A stretch of 51,573 nt of DNA from Candidatus Omnitrophota bacterium (GCA_023139575.1 JAGLNJ010000116.1:1-51573), one strand, 5' to 3'; positions 26,701-36,261 are shown, counted from the first letter of the stretch. Notes: generated by a model from the sequence alone, not told the origin. Numbers and translations: made by a program.

Positions 26701-29046
26701 ATGAAAAATTTTTTCCAACAAGAAAAATTTATTATAATCGGCATCCTTCTGGCCGTCATCTTCATCGCCTTTTATGATGTAGTATTCTTAAACAAAACCT
26801 TTAAGGTCACTACAGCGAATCCGCAGGCCCTCATAACGGGAGTATACGGCCAGGAGGCCAACCGGCCGGATTTCTTCCCTGTTCACAGCACCACCACGCC
26901 ATTTATGGAAGAGCCTGTCTTTGAATTCATCAGAAACTGGCTGCAACAAGGATCGTTTCCCCTCTGGAATCCCCATCAGGGATGCGGCTATCCTTTGATC
27001 AGTATGATGCACCTGGGTTTTTTCTGGCCGGTTAACTGGATCATGTTTCTCCTCCCGAGCCTTATCGCCTGGGACATCGTTATTCTGGTGCGTTTCTTGC
27101 TGGCCGGTATTTTCACTTATTGGTTCATGCGTTATTTAAGATTCACCGAGATTCCGTCATTAACAGCTGCCATCGTTTTTATGCTAAGCGGGCCAATGGT
27201 ACTTTTGCAATATTCTTTTGCCAATGTCGACATATTAACACCTTTGCTTTTGATCACCCTGGAACGCCTCCTGCGCAAACCCAATATGCAGAGTGCCTGT
27301 TTCACCTCTTTAGCCGTTGCAGCCACTGTAATCGCAGGGCATCCGGAGCATATTGTTCTCGTCAACACTTTCGGCCTTTTGTATTTTGTATTTCGAATTC
27401 TCACAGGCAGGAATTTCTCATCCCGTTTAAAATCATGCGGCCTGCTCTGCCTGTCTTTTATCCTGGGTGTCGGCTTATCCTCTATTGCGCTGCTTCCCTT
27501 TTTAAGAGACTGGAAAGACATTTTCTGGCATACGCACCCGGACAGCATGGGCGCCCACGTCGGCGGAACGGAATACCTCCGCGAATTTCTTTTAACTGTT
27601 ATCACCCCCCATTTTTTTCAGAAGCATCCGGTTACACTTGATTTCGTCCGCCATACTTTCTGGGGACATTTCGGGGTTATTCCTTTAGGCCTGGTCTTTA
27701 TCGGCTTGTTCTCAAAGCAACGCAGGGGTTTAAACTGGTTCTTTGCCTTCCTCTTCTTCGCTATCATGGCAAAGACCTACATCAACCTCCCCTTTATCAA
27801 TTGGATCGGATATCTCCCCATCCTTAAGCATATCCGCTTTTCTCTGCATACCGGACATCTCTTTGCTTTTGCAGGCGCCATTGCTGCCGGCATGGGAATG
27901 CGGCGAGTTATAAACTTGAAAAGAAAGTCCGTGCTATTAGGCTTACTTTTTGCCCTGCTCGCACTTTTCTGGATGGGTGAAGGCCTTTTCTTCTACCGTG
28001 ATGCCCCTCATATTTCGCAGTCGATCAAGGCCTGTTGGTTGACTGCCGGGATTCTGACGGTTTTCCTGATTTTCCTGTTTCTTAAAGAAAATCGAATGAT
28101 CAAATTAAAATACTTTGCTCCGATATTTATTCTCGTGATATTTCTCGAGATCTTTCTATATATACCACGGGCCAACATCAAACGTTTTGATTCTTTTCCC
28201 GAAGTCCCCTATATTGAAAACATCAAACGCCCCCCCCAAAGACAAAGGTCTTACGGTGTTTTTTGGACCCTTTATCCGAACACCGCGACAGGCTATCTCA
28301 TTGATGACTTAGGCATCAACCAGGGATTGTTGACCAAAAGATTCGTGCAGTTTGTCAATCGCCTTCTTGTTAAAGATTATTTTAATAAAAATTTTCAGCG
28401 ATCTGCCTTTATGGTGATCCCGGCCACTTTTTACCCTGATATCCGCCCTTTTATGGATCTTTTAAACGTGCGTTTTACGATCGCCCCTGACAAAATTGAG
28501 GAACTCTTTCCGGTCACACGCAACCCCGACTTCTTAAAGCCTATCTACAAAAATGAAGTATCTATTTACAATCATCCCAAAACTCTCCCGAGGGTTTTTA
28601 TTGTGCATAAGGCCATATTTGAACCAAATGCCGACAGGGCCCTCATAAAGACCCAATTATTAAAAAACAATCTGGCCGATGTTGCTGTTATTGAAGGACA
28701 ACTCCCTGAAGACGACGTGAACTTACTAAGGCTAGCTCCGACTAAAGACAAGTCTTTCGCCCAAATTCACAGCTATAAGCCAAATGAAGTTATCATCGCC
28801 GCATATTTGGAAAATCCGGGATTTCTGATCCTTGGCGACACCTTTCATCCTGACTGGCGGGCACTTGTTAACGGCAGGGATACTAAAGTTTATCCTGCTG
28901 ATTATTTACTGCGGGGGGTTTATCTTTCTCCAGGACGAAATGTTGTTGTATTCCGCTTTAAACCGGTTGCTTATTATTTCGGCGCTTTCTTAAGTCTATT
29001 CAGCCTGAGTATTCTAGGGATTCTCTTTTTTTACCGACGCCTTTAA
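26701..29046 (+). CDS. YfhO-family GT-C fold membrane glycosyltransferase
   Basis: GSFPLWNPHQGCGYP, AGHPE, LPRVF, GFLILGDTFHPDWRALVNG, ADYLLRGVYL; ATG 26701 preferred over TTG 26635. Confidence 0.88.
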   Translation: MKNFFQQEKFIIIGILLAVIFIAFYDVVFLNKTFKVTTANPQALITGVYGQEANRPDFFPVHSTTTPFMEEPVFEFIRNWLQQGSFPLWNPHQGCGYPLISMMHLGFFWPVNWIMFLLPSLIAWDIVILVRFLLAGIFTYWFMRYLRFTEIPSLTAAIVFMLSGPMVLLQYSFANVDILTPLLLITLERLLRKPNMQSACFTSLAVAATVIAGHPEHIVLVNTFGLLYFVFRILTGRNFSSRLKSCGLLCLSFILGVGLSSIALLPFLRDWKDIFWHTHPDSMGAHVGGTEYLREFLLTVITPHFFQKHPVTLDFVRHTFWGHFGVIPLGLVFIGLFSKQRRGLNWFFAFLFFAIMAKTYINLPFINWIGYLPILKHIRFSLHTGHLFAFAGAIAAGMGMRRVINLKRKSVLLGLLFALLALFWMGEGLFFYRDAPHISQSIKACWLTAGILTVFLIFLFLKENRMIKLKYFAPIFILVIFLEIFLYIPRANIKRFDSFPEVPYIENIKRPPQRQRSYGVFWTLYPNTATGYLIDDLGINQGLLTKRFVQFVNRLLVKDYFNKNFQRSAFMVIPATFYPDIRPFMDLLNVRFTIAPDKIEELFPVTRNPDFLKPIYKNEVSIYNHPKTLPRVFIVHKAIFEPNADRALIKTQLLKNNLADVAVIEGQLPEDDVNLLRLAPTKDKSFAQIHSYKPNEVIIAAYLENPGFLILGDTFHPDWRALVNGRDTKVYPADYLLRGVYLSPGRNVVVFRFKPVAYYFGAFLSLFSLSILGILFFYRRL

Positions 29047-29251
29047 CCGGGATGCCATTTCCGGCTTAAGAAAAATTTTTTGCAGAAAACAGCAGGGCAC
29101 TATTATCCTTTCTTTTGTTAATACATTTTTTTATAAGTATTTGTTAGTATATCAGAATCTCTTTATAAGCCTCTTGAAAAATTACCCTTGTCAAAACCCC
29201 CATATAATCTTAAAATCATCAGTATCTTAAAATCTAATTGGAGGATTTGTT

Positions 29252-30883
29252 ATGAACACACCGACGTGGCTACAAGGTTGGCATCTAGATGCAGCGATTA
29301 TCCTTTTTGAATTGCTGTTTATCACAATCGCCTGCACGATTATCAATGTTATTATAGGGCTTCTTTTTGACCGTGTTCATTTATTTGATTTCCTCAAGAG
29401 ACACAAAAAAGAGTCCTCCCTCATCAAAAAACGTCTGCAGAAATTCTTCTCCCTTTTAACTTTTTGTTCCGGGGCCTTTATTTGTTTCTACAACGGATAC
29501 CTTATCTACAAGAGAACCGACCTTCTTGCCCACACCAAAGGTTTACTTAGGCAGATATCCCCGGAATTCTGGCGGGGGCTTGGCGCCGGTTTCTTTAAAG
29601 TTATCATCATCGTCTATGCTGCTAAAATTCTTATTCAGCTACTTGAGAAGGGGTTGTTTCATCTTATGCGTAAGGCCAAAACATGGGAGCAAATCAAGGC
29701 GAATGATGAAAGCATTGAGGATGTTTTTCAAACGTTTAATCAAATACAGAAATCAGGGGTTTGGCTAGGCATTATTATCTTTTCCTTATTCGTTTTACAT
29801 GCCCCCGAGGCCGGCATAAACACACTTGTTGTCATCCTGAAAATCTATTTGATCATTTCCATCGGCCTGCTTTTTGTCAAAGCCTCGACAGCCATTATCG
29901 AGAGCGTAGACGCCTTAAGCAAAAAATATTCCCATAAAAACGATCTCTTGGTCATGATTTATGAAAGGCTGCGCAACCTCATTCCTTTATTAAGGCGTTG
30001 CCTGGAATACATCATTTATATCATTGTTGCCACACTTGTTTCTTTGCAGATTAATTTCATCGCCAAATATGCAGAATGGGGACCGCGTGTTATCCAGACA
30101 ATCAGCATCTTCTTTTTATGCCGGGTAATTGTTGAAGTCACGAACCTGATTGTCGACAAATACCTGTTGCCGACCGAAGGCATTTCCGACACAGAATTAC
30201 AGCGGCGAAAAACCCTCAACCCTTTGATCAAGAGTTTGCTTAAATATATCGCCTTCTTTGTCTCATTTGTGCTCATCCTCGCAGCGCTCAATCTAAACCC
30301 GACGCCTATCCTGGCCGGTGCCGGGATACTGGGCGTTGTGGTCGGTTTGGGTGCCCAGCCTTTAATTAATGACCTCGTCTCCGGATTTTTTATCATCTTT
30401 GAACATCTTTTTTTGGTCGATGATTATATCGAGACCGGATCCGCCCGCGGCACGGTTGAAGCCATTGATATCCGCACCACCCGCATCCGCGACCCTGACG
30501 GCCAACAGCACATTTTGCGGAATGGCCAATTGGGAGACATTACGAATTATTCAAAAAAATATACTTACGCAGTTGTTATCGTAGGGGTCGCTTACGATTC
30601 CGACCTGGATAAGGTGTATCAAATCCTTTCTGATATCGGAGAGACGCTCAAAAAACAAAATAAAGACGTCCTTGATCCAACGCAAGTGAGCGGGCTGGAC
30701 AATTTCGGGGAATCGGAACTGACTATACGTACTATCACGAAAGTCAAACCCGGAAAACACCTTCAGGTGGCAAGGGATTTACGTAAAATGATTAAGGAAG
30801 CCTTTGATCGTGAGGATATCGAGATTCCCTTTGCGCGACGGGTATTGATATTTAAGAATGAGAGTGACAAACAATTTTCCTGA
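29252..30883 (+). CDS. MscS-family mechanosensitive channel with extended N-terminal TM region
   Basis: LAGAGILGVVVGLGAQ..DLVSGFFI, GTVEAIDIRTTRIRD, NG....NYS, IEIPF. Confidence 0.92.
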   Translation: MNTPTWLQGWHLDAAIILFELLFITIACTIINVIIGLLFDRVHLFDFLKRHKKESSLIKKRLQKFFSLLTFCSGAFICFYNGYLIYKRTDLLAHTKGLLRQISPEFWRGLGAGFFKVIIIVYAAKILIQLLEKGLFHLMRKAKTWEQIKANDESIEDVFQTFNQIQKSGVWLGIIIFSLFVLHAPEAGINTLVVILKIYLIISIGLLFVKASTAIIESVDALSKKYSHKNDLLVMIYERLRNLIPLLRRCLEYIIYIIVATLVSLQINFIAKYAEWGPRVIQTISIFFLCRVIVEVTNLIVDKYLLPTEGISDTELQRRKTLNPLIKSLLKYIAFFVSFVLILAALNLNPTPILAGAGILGVVVGLGAQPLINDLVSGFFIIFEHLFLVDDYIETGSARGTVEAIDIRTTRIRDPDGQQHILRNGQLGDITNYSKKYTYAVVIVGVAYDSDLDKVYQILSDIGETLKKQNKDVLDPTQVSGLDNFGESELTIRTITKVKPGKHLQVARDLRKMIKEAFDREDIEIPFARRVLIFKNESDKQFS

Positions 30884-30896
30884 ACTAACAGGGACA

Positions 30897-30974
30897 ATCA
30901 CGCAGGAAACAGACGATTAGTTCATCTGCCCTTCTCTCACACAACCGTACGTGCCGTTCGGCATACGGCGGTTC
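30897..30974 (-). mobile_element. Group II (class C-like) intron 3' relic: domains V and VI only
   Basis: Minus strand GAACCGCCGTATGCCGAACGGCACGTACGGTTGTGTGAG (D5 with CGC triad), then stem GCAGATGA/TCGTCTGT ending CCTGCGTGAT; no RT ORF. Confidence 0.85.
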
Positions 30975-31001
30975 GATAAAATTTGGGTCAGGCCATCAAT
31001 T

Positions 31002-31017
31002 TTAACCGATCGGTTAA
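31002..31017. promoter_or_regulatory. Perfect 16-bp palindrome TTAACCGATCGGTTAA (operator-like)
   Basis: Exact dyad symmetry; overlaps the stop codon of the ATP-grasp gene; function unknown. Confidence 0.35.
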
Positions 31018-32090
31018 CGAGAAAGACTAGTTATCTTTTTAGCCAGATTACCCATCAAATCAAATCCTATTTCATGCCCGGGGAACGAATGAGCCTCTAA
31101 GGCATAGATCTTTTTGTAATCTTTTGAAAAAATAATATCGATTCCAGCATAATTCAATTTGAGTTCACGAGCAATTTTCCGGGCCAAAGATTTAACCTTG
31201 TTTAATTTAGCAGCAGATATATATTGGGAGAACTTCTTTTTTTGCTCGATCTTTCCTCCTTGGGACCAATTAGTCACAAGAGTAATCGCCGGTGTAGATC
31301 TGACATAGTAATAGCACACCTCGCCATAAATACAATACACTCGAAAATCAGACCTTCTTCCCTTATGTATGGGAGGATCTATGGCTTCCTCAAAGATAAA
31401 TCCCCGAGATAGCAGAACCTTTAGAAATTTATCTTTATCGCTGTCCTTAACATCATGAAATCGCCAATGATAATCATAGGGATGACTGATGATCTCGCCC
31501 TTTTGGAATAGAAAATTTGTAATTAGCAAGTCATTACTAAGGTATGTGATACCTTTACCCATAGCGCCAAATCTCGGTTTTATATATAATGACAATCCTT
31601 GATTAATGAGCCGATGAAGATCTTTTAAATTATTCACACAGAAACTTTTCGGAGTGGGAATTTTGTGTTTTCGGAAAAACTTTTTAGTTTGTTCTTTATC
31701 CCTATCCAATATGGATATATTCGGAGGGTTTACATATTCAATTTTTCTCTTCTTGTATTTTTTCTCTATCGCATTCCCCACTCTTTCGAAATATTTTTTA
31801 AACTCCCGACCAAATGATTTGTCCCCATAGACTTTGGAATCTTTTTTGTACACCTCTATATTTGCATCCCAATATTTATAAGGAAAAAATAAAAGCACGT
31901 TTAAAACAGGGTTGGATATCTCGGGGAGATTGCCGTTTAATAAATCTTTATAACTAATAATATGCGCCTCTAACCCTTTGCCCCTTGAATCCTCAATGAT
32001 TTTGACAAATGCATTGAAAGAGGGGTCAAGCGCGCAGCCTCTGCTTCTTTTATCTCCTACAATTAAAAGGGGGTTTTTTGTTCTTCTCAT
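31014..32090 (-). CDS. ATP-grasp ligase (RimK/YheCD-like)
   Basis: YVNPP..DRDK, IPTPKS, YIKPRFGAMGKGI, EEAI, DFRVY, TNWSQGG, AGIDII, LEAHSFPG; ATG 32090 preferred. Confidence 0.88.
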   Translation of the reverse strand: MRRTKNPLLIVGDKRSRGCALDPSFNAFVKIIEDSRGKGLEAHIISYKDLLNGNLPEISNPVLNVLLFFPYKYWDANIEVYKKDSKVYGDKSFGREFKKYFERVGNAIEKKYKKRKIEYVNPPNISILDRDKEQTKKFFRKHKIPTPKSFCVNNLKDLHRLINQGLSLYIKPRFGAMGKGITYLSNDLLITNFLFQKGEIISHPYDYHWRFHDVKDSDKDKFLKVLLSRGFIFEEAIDPPIHKGRRSDFRVYCIYGEVCYYYVRSTPAITLVTNWSQGGKIEQKKKFSQYISAAKLNKVKSLARKIARELKLNYAGIDIIFSKDYKKIYALEAHSFPGHEIGFDLMGNLAKKITSLSR

Positions 32091-32097
32091 AATAAAT

Positions 32098-33099
32098 TCA
32101 ATATTTATCCGGATCGATAACAGCATTCTTGATAGACTTCGGGAGCTTCCCGAAGGATGTGGATGCGATTTTTAACAAAACAGGTAATACTTGTTTTGAA
32201 TATCGCTGAGAGCTGGAAACAGGGGCCAACCTGGGGTAACCATATATACTAACACATTTTATACCGTCAATCTTGTAAACCGGTTTATTCAGCAATGAAG
32301 GACGACAAGGCTCAATAGGATTGGGATAGTCTACAGAAAGATCCAGAATTACCGCATCTCTATTAAGAAGAGAAAACATGTCCTTTGTAATAAGATACTC
32401 TCTTTTATCCCTTCTTCCTTTAGGCCACTGAATGCCGTTAACCACGATATCTTTATCTTTAATAAATTGTTTTATATGCGGATATTCTTGCTTCCTCAAG
32501 ATTTTGACCTTAGCCCCGAGACCAAAGGCCACCTTCAAAGCACCGGAGGCAACAGAGCCATAGCCTAATACTAATACGTTGCAATCACAAGGACTTTTTT
32601 CGGCAAGATGAAAGGCATAAATCATACCCTGCTCGCCGGATATATCTGAGCACTGAATAAGGCGTTCACCTTGTCTGTTCCTAATTATCTCCATCGCAAT
32701 AGCTTTAACATTCCTTTTTTTTAAGGCCTTTATATATTTCGGGTTTTGTTCAGCATGAAGCATGCTGAACAATAAATTGTTCTTTAGCAATCTAAATTCC
32801 TGCGGCAAAGGGGGTTTTAATTTTACAACAATAGATTTGTTGAAAATATTTCTTCGCTCGATAATTACTTTTGCTCCGGCCTGTTTGTATTCAGAATCAT
32901 TAATGTATATGCCCTTCCCTAAACCTTTCTCAACAAAAACTTGATTTCCCGCTTCAATTAATTTGTTAACCTCTTTCGGCAAAAGAATCGCTCTGCGCTC
33001 TAAAATTCCGGCGCCTATTTCTTTGGCTATTCCTATATTCATTCCTTTATATGCCATTTTTCTTATTTTCCTATCACTTGAATTTTCTCTTTTTATCAT
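32098..33099 (-). CDS. AlaDh/PNT-superfamily NAD(P)H enzyme, N5-(carboxyethyl)ornithine-synthase-like
   Basis: IGIAKE..ERRAILLP, VFVEKGLG, VKLKPP, SMLH, VLGYGSVASGA, DIVVNGIQW, ILDLSVD, P.Y.IDG. Confidence 0.78.
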   Translation of the reverse strand: MIKRENSSDRKIRKMAYKGMNIGIAKEIGAGILERRAILLPKEVNKLIEAGNQVFVEKGLGKGIYINDSEYKQAGAKVIIERRNIFNKSIVVKLKPPLPQEFRLLKNNLLFSMLHAEQNPKYIKALKKRNVKAIAMEIIRNRQGERLIQCSDISGEQGMIYAFHLAEKSPCDCNVLVLGYGSVASGALKVAFGLGAKVKILRKQEYPHIKQFIKDKDIVVNGIQWPKGRRDKREYLITKDMFSLLNRDAVILDLSVDYPNPIEPCRPSLLNKPVYKIDGIKCVSIYGYPRLAPVSSSQRYSKQVLPVLLKIASTSFGKLPKSIKNAVIDPDKY

Positions 33100-33191
33100 T
33101 TCATTAAATCAAAACTATTCTACTATCATTATCCAGATCCACAATGAAATTTCTAAAATTTCTTTCATCTTTTTGACTCATAACCTGTCTC

Positions 33192-33872
33192 CTAAACAAT
33201 TAAAGCTGATATAATATATGCCCAAATATAATAAAGACCAACTAAGATAAAAATAACCCCTGTTATTTTCTTAGTATATCTTTCAAACGCGCTCATTTTC
33301 TTAAACCAAAAAGATGCTTTTGTCACTCCGAGAGCAATTCCTAACGCAAGAATGATAACCGGGAGTCCTGTTCCTAACCCATACAAGAACGGCAAAACAA
33401 TCCCCAGCCTGCTATTCAAAGCCAAGGGAATTAAGCTTCCAAAAAAAAGTGCGGCCGATACAGGACAAAAAGAAAGAGAAAAAATAACCCCTAACGCAAA
33501 TGCCCCGCCGATACCGTAATCCACCAATGACTGTTGTTTTTCCTGAGAAATAGATAAACCCGCGATGTTAATCCTGATAATATCTAAAAGAAACAACCCC
33601 ACAATAATAAGTAAAGGCCCTAAAATTTTATTCATGTATTCTTGAAAAAAGCTTGCGATACTCGGAACGCTCACAAGTGACATAATAATAGCTACACCTA
33701 AAATGGCATATGTAAGCATACGTCCCAAAGTATAGGCCATTCCGAAAGCAAAAACCGTCTTGGGATGATTGATACGCTTTGATAAAAAGGACACTGCGGC
33801 AATGTTCGTCGCAAGCGGACACGGACTGATTGAAGTAAGAATACCCAACCACAATGCCGACAATAGAATCAT
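33192..33872 (-). CDS. ArsG-like / DsbD-CcdA-type membrane protein
   Basis: ALWLGILTSISPCPLATNIAA, YTLGR, LSFCPVSAALFFGSLIP, GTGLPV. Confidence 0.85.
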   Translation of the reverse strand: MILLSALWLGILTSISPCPLATNIAAVSFLSKRINHPKTVFAFGMAYTLGRMLTYAILGVAIIMSLVSVPSIASFFQEYMNKILGPLLIIVGLFLLDIIRINIAGLSISQEKQQSLVDYGIGGAFALGVIFSLSFCPVSAALFFGSLIPLALNSRLGIVLPFLYGLGTGLPVIILALGIALGVTKASFWFKKMSAFERYTKKITGVIFILVGLYYIWAYIISALIV

Positions 33873-33874
33873 TG

Positions 33875-34303
33875 CTATTTCTCCTCTTGGGCAAGCATAT
33901 CCAGATATTTTTGTGTTTCACTTCTTACATACTCACCAAATTTGTCTTTATTCCTAACAAGTTGCCAAACATCCTCTAAATTATTAAATGTCATCTCTCG
34001 GCCGCCTTGAATCAATGACAAAACAACCGATTGTGTGAAAAAACCGTAGTCCTTCACAAAATGCTTATTTTCTTTCATGTCATAATTGACGGTTTTTATT
34101 TCTATCTTACCTCCATCAACCTCCGGCTTAAAATTCTCCAATATTGATTCTTTTGTTTGCCGTTCGATTGTCACGCAGGTAGGACAACGGAAGTTTCCGT
34201 GAAAGTAATAAACAATAACCTTATCTGACAACTGTTCCTGACCATATGCGTTAAAAGATAAACACACAAATAAAACTAAGAAAAAAGAAAATGCTTTCTT
34301 CAT
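33875..34303 (-). CDS. ArsF-like exported thioredoxin-fold protein
   Basis: Signal peptide; VIVYYFHGNFRCPTC, NLEDVW. Confidence 0.82.
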   Translation of the reverse strand: MKKAFSFFLVLFVCLSFNAYGQEQLSDKVIVYYFHGNFRCPTCVTIERQTKESILENFKPEVDGGKIEIKTVNYDMKENKHFVKDYGFFTQSVVLSLIQGGREMTFNNLEDVWQLVRNKDKFGEYVRSETQKYLDMLAQEEK

Positions 34304-34318
34304 TAGAGCTTCCTTATA

Positions 34319-34552
34319 TTAACTGATAAATTTTTTTATTTCGTCAACTGTGCTGACCTTTCCTGCCGCCTTAACCTTTCCATCTACAACCAAAGCAGGT
34401 GTTGTCATAACCCCATAGTCCGTTATTTTGTCCATATCTTCGACCTTTACAACCACAGCCTCTATCCCAGCTTCTTTAACGGCAAATTGAGCGTTATCGT
34501 AAAGCACTTTACACTTTGGGCATCCCATACCCAAGACTTCTATTTTCATCAT
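34319..34552 (-). CDS. Small redox-active disulfide protein (MTH895/ArsE-like thioredoxin)
   Basis: IEVLGMGCPKC, YGVMTTPALVVDG. Confidence 0.9.
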   Translation of the reverse strand: MMKIEVLGMGCPKCKVLYDNAQFAVKEAGIEAVVVKVEDMDKITDYGVMTTPALVVDGKVKAAGKVSTVDEIKKFIS

Positions 34553-34562
34553 TCAACTCCTT

Positions 34563-35735
34563 TTAAGTAACAATGTTTCCAAATATTATTCCGCTTAATG
34601 TCGCCATAACAACCACAAGGCTGACATAAATCGCTGTTTTCTTTGTTCCAATTACCCCTCGAATAACAAGCATGTTAGGCAGACTCAACGCAGGGCCAGC
34701 TAACAAAAGCGCAAGAGCGGGGCCTTTACCCATACCTGCTCCGATAAGACCCTGTAAAATGGGCACTTCGGTGAGCGTAGCAAAATACATAAATGCTCCA
34801 ACTATCGCCGCAAAGAAATTAGCCGTCAGGGAATTGCCGCCGACAGCTTTTGCTATAATCCATGACGGAATAATCCCCTCTTTATCCGGTCTCCCCAAAA
34901 GAAATCCAGCCACCAAAACACCAATAAGAAGAAGCGGCATAATCTGTTTCGCAAAAGTCCATGATGCAGACACCCATTCGCCGAGTTCATCTTTCTTAAA
35001 CCATTTAATAAGCGTAATGCCTGTCATTATCAAAAACCCACCGGCTAAATACCACTTCGCCGCAAATATTGACACCCATAAACCTGCGTCACCCGCTTGA
35101 GGTCTTGCCCAATTAGCGAACACTAAAAATCCAACCATTGCAGCAAAATAAATTCCATTTTTAGCTAATGTCCTTGCCTCCTTAACCTCTCCCGCGAATA
35201 ATTCACCCTCTGCGTTCCTGGCTCTCTCCTCTTTAATAAAAATAAAGTGCATCATAAGACCTATGATAACGCTAAATAAAACTGCCCCGACAGCTCTCGC
35301 AATTCCAAGCTTCCATCCAAGTATCCTCGCAGTCATAATAACAGCTAATACATTTATCGCCGGGCCGGAATAAAGAAAAGCCGTAGCAGGCCCCAAGCCG
35401 GCGCCTCTTTTGTAAATACCTGAGAATAAGGGTAAAACTGTACAGGAACAAACCGCCAATATTGTTCCTGAAACAGATGCCACGGTATAGGCAAGAAATT
35501 TATTTGTCTTCGCGCCAAAAAACTTAATGACAGCCGCCTGACTGACAAACACCGAAATAGCACCGGCAATAAAAAACGCGGGGACAAGGCAAAGCAAAAC
35601 ATGCTCTTTCGCATACCCCCTTACCAATGCCAGAGATTCAAAAACAGGGTTCCTGAAAGGCAACAGTTCAACCGGCAGATAAAGACATCCCAAGAAAGCT
35701 ACAATCATTAACATCAACTTTCCTCGTTCTTTCAT
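34563..35735 (-). CDS. ArsP/DUF318-family permease
   Basis: EHVLLCLVPAFFIAGAI, LAVCSCTVLPLF, FLYSGPAIN, FMYFATLTEVP, GPALSLP. Confidence 0.9.
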   Translation of the reverse strand: MKERGKLMLMIVAFLGCLYLPVELLPFRNPVFESLALVRGYAKEHVLLCLVPAFFIAGAISVFVSQAAVIKFFGAKTNKFLAYTVASVSGTILAVCSCTVLPLFSGIYKRGAGLGPATAFLYSGPAINVLAVIMTARILGWKLGIARAVGAVLFSVIIGLMMHFIFIKEERARNAEGELFAGEVKEARTLAKNGIYFAAMVGFLVFANWARPQAGDAGLWVSIFAAKWYLAGGFLIMTGITLIKWFKKDELGEWVSASWTFAKQIMPLLLIGVLVAGFLLGRPDKEGIIPSWIIAKAVGGNSLTANFFAAIVGAFMYFATLTEVPILQGLIGAGMGKGPALALLLAGPALSLPNMLVIRGVIGTKKTAIYVSLVVVMATLSGIIFGNIVT

Positions 35736-36034
35736 TTCTTTCCGCCAACAATCTTACAACATCCACCCTCAATCTTGACTGCCTTGATATTAACAAATGC
35801 GTCCGCTATCTTTTCATGAGCCGATGCTAATATTCTTGAAATTGTGGAACGATGAACTTTCATTCTTCTGGCAACTTCTGCCTGTGTTAATTTTTCTAAA
35901 TCAGCTAAACGAATTGCTTCAAATTCATCAATGGCAAGATTCACGCCCTCTAATTTACTCTGAGGCTTGCATTGCGGACGGAAACACCTCTCCCCCGGCT
36001 CACACTTAACCCATCTTGTTTTCTTTGGTCTCAT
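35732..36034 (-). CDS. DUF134-family helix-turn-helix protein
   Basis: MRPKKTR, F.P, DEFEAIRLADL.KLTQ.EVA..M.V.RSTISRIL.SAH.KIADA..IEGG. Confidence 0.9.
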   Translation of the reverse strand: MRPKKTRWVKCEPGERCFRPQCKPQSKLEGVNLAIDEFEAIRLADLEKLTQAEVARRMKVHRSTISRILASAHEKIADAFVNIKAVKIEGGCCKIVGGKK

Positions 36035-36051
36035 TCTAATCTCCTCTTGTT

Positions 36052-36067
36052 ATGCACATATGTGCAT
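36052..36067. promoter_or_regulatory. Perfect palindromic operator candidate ATGCACATATGTGCAT
   Basis: 16-bp dyad overlapping the -10 box and likely start site of the DUF134 operon promoter. Confidence 0.7.
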
Positions 36068-36093
36068 TATAAAGGCAAAAAAATATTTGTCAA
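36066..36093 (-). promoter_or_regulatory. Sigma70 consensus promoter of the DUF134-arsP operon
   Basis: Minus strand TTGACA-16 nt-TATAAT, about 30 nt upstream of the ATG (SD GAGGAG). Confidence 0.75.
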
Positions 36094-36261
36094 TCCAAAA
36101 AAGACTCCATAAAACTTACTGGAAACCGCTTAGGGGATAGTAAGAATCCATAAACTGTATTGTAAACTGAAATTATCCGAAACAACATTACCTTTTTCTA
36201 ATTCTTATTTTTTAAATCAGACTTTTTATTCTTGAATAAGCTTCTTTTGGCACAGACTGAC

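Noticed and set aside
32098-33099. Calling this gene ald (alanine dehydrogenase)
   Set aside because: Lacks the typical LxPMSEVAG and GxGVVG motifs; the C-terminal half looks more CEOS-like
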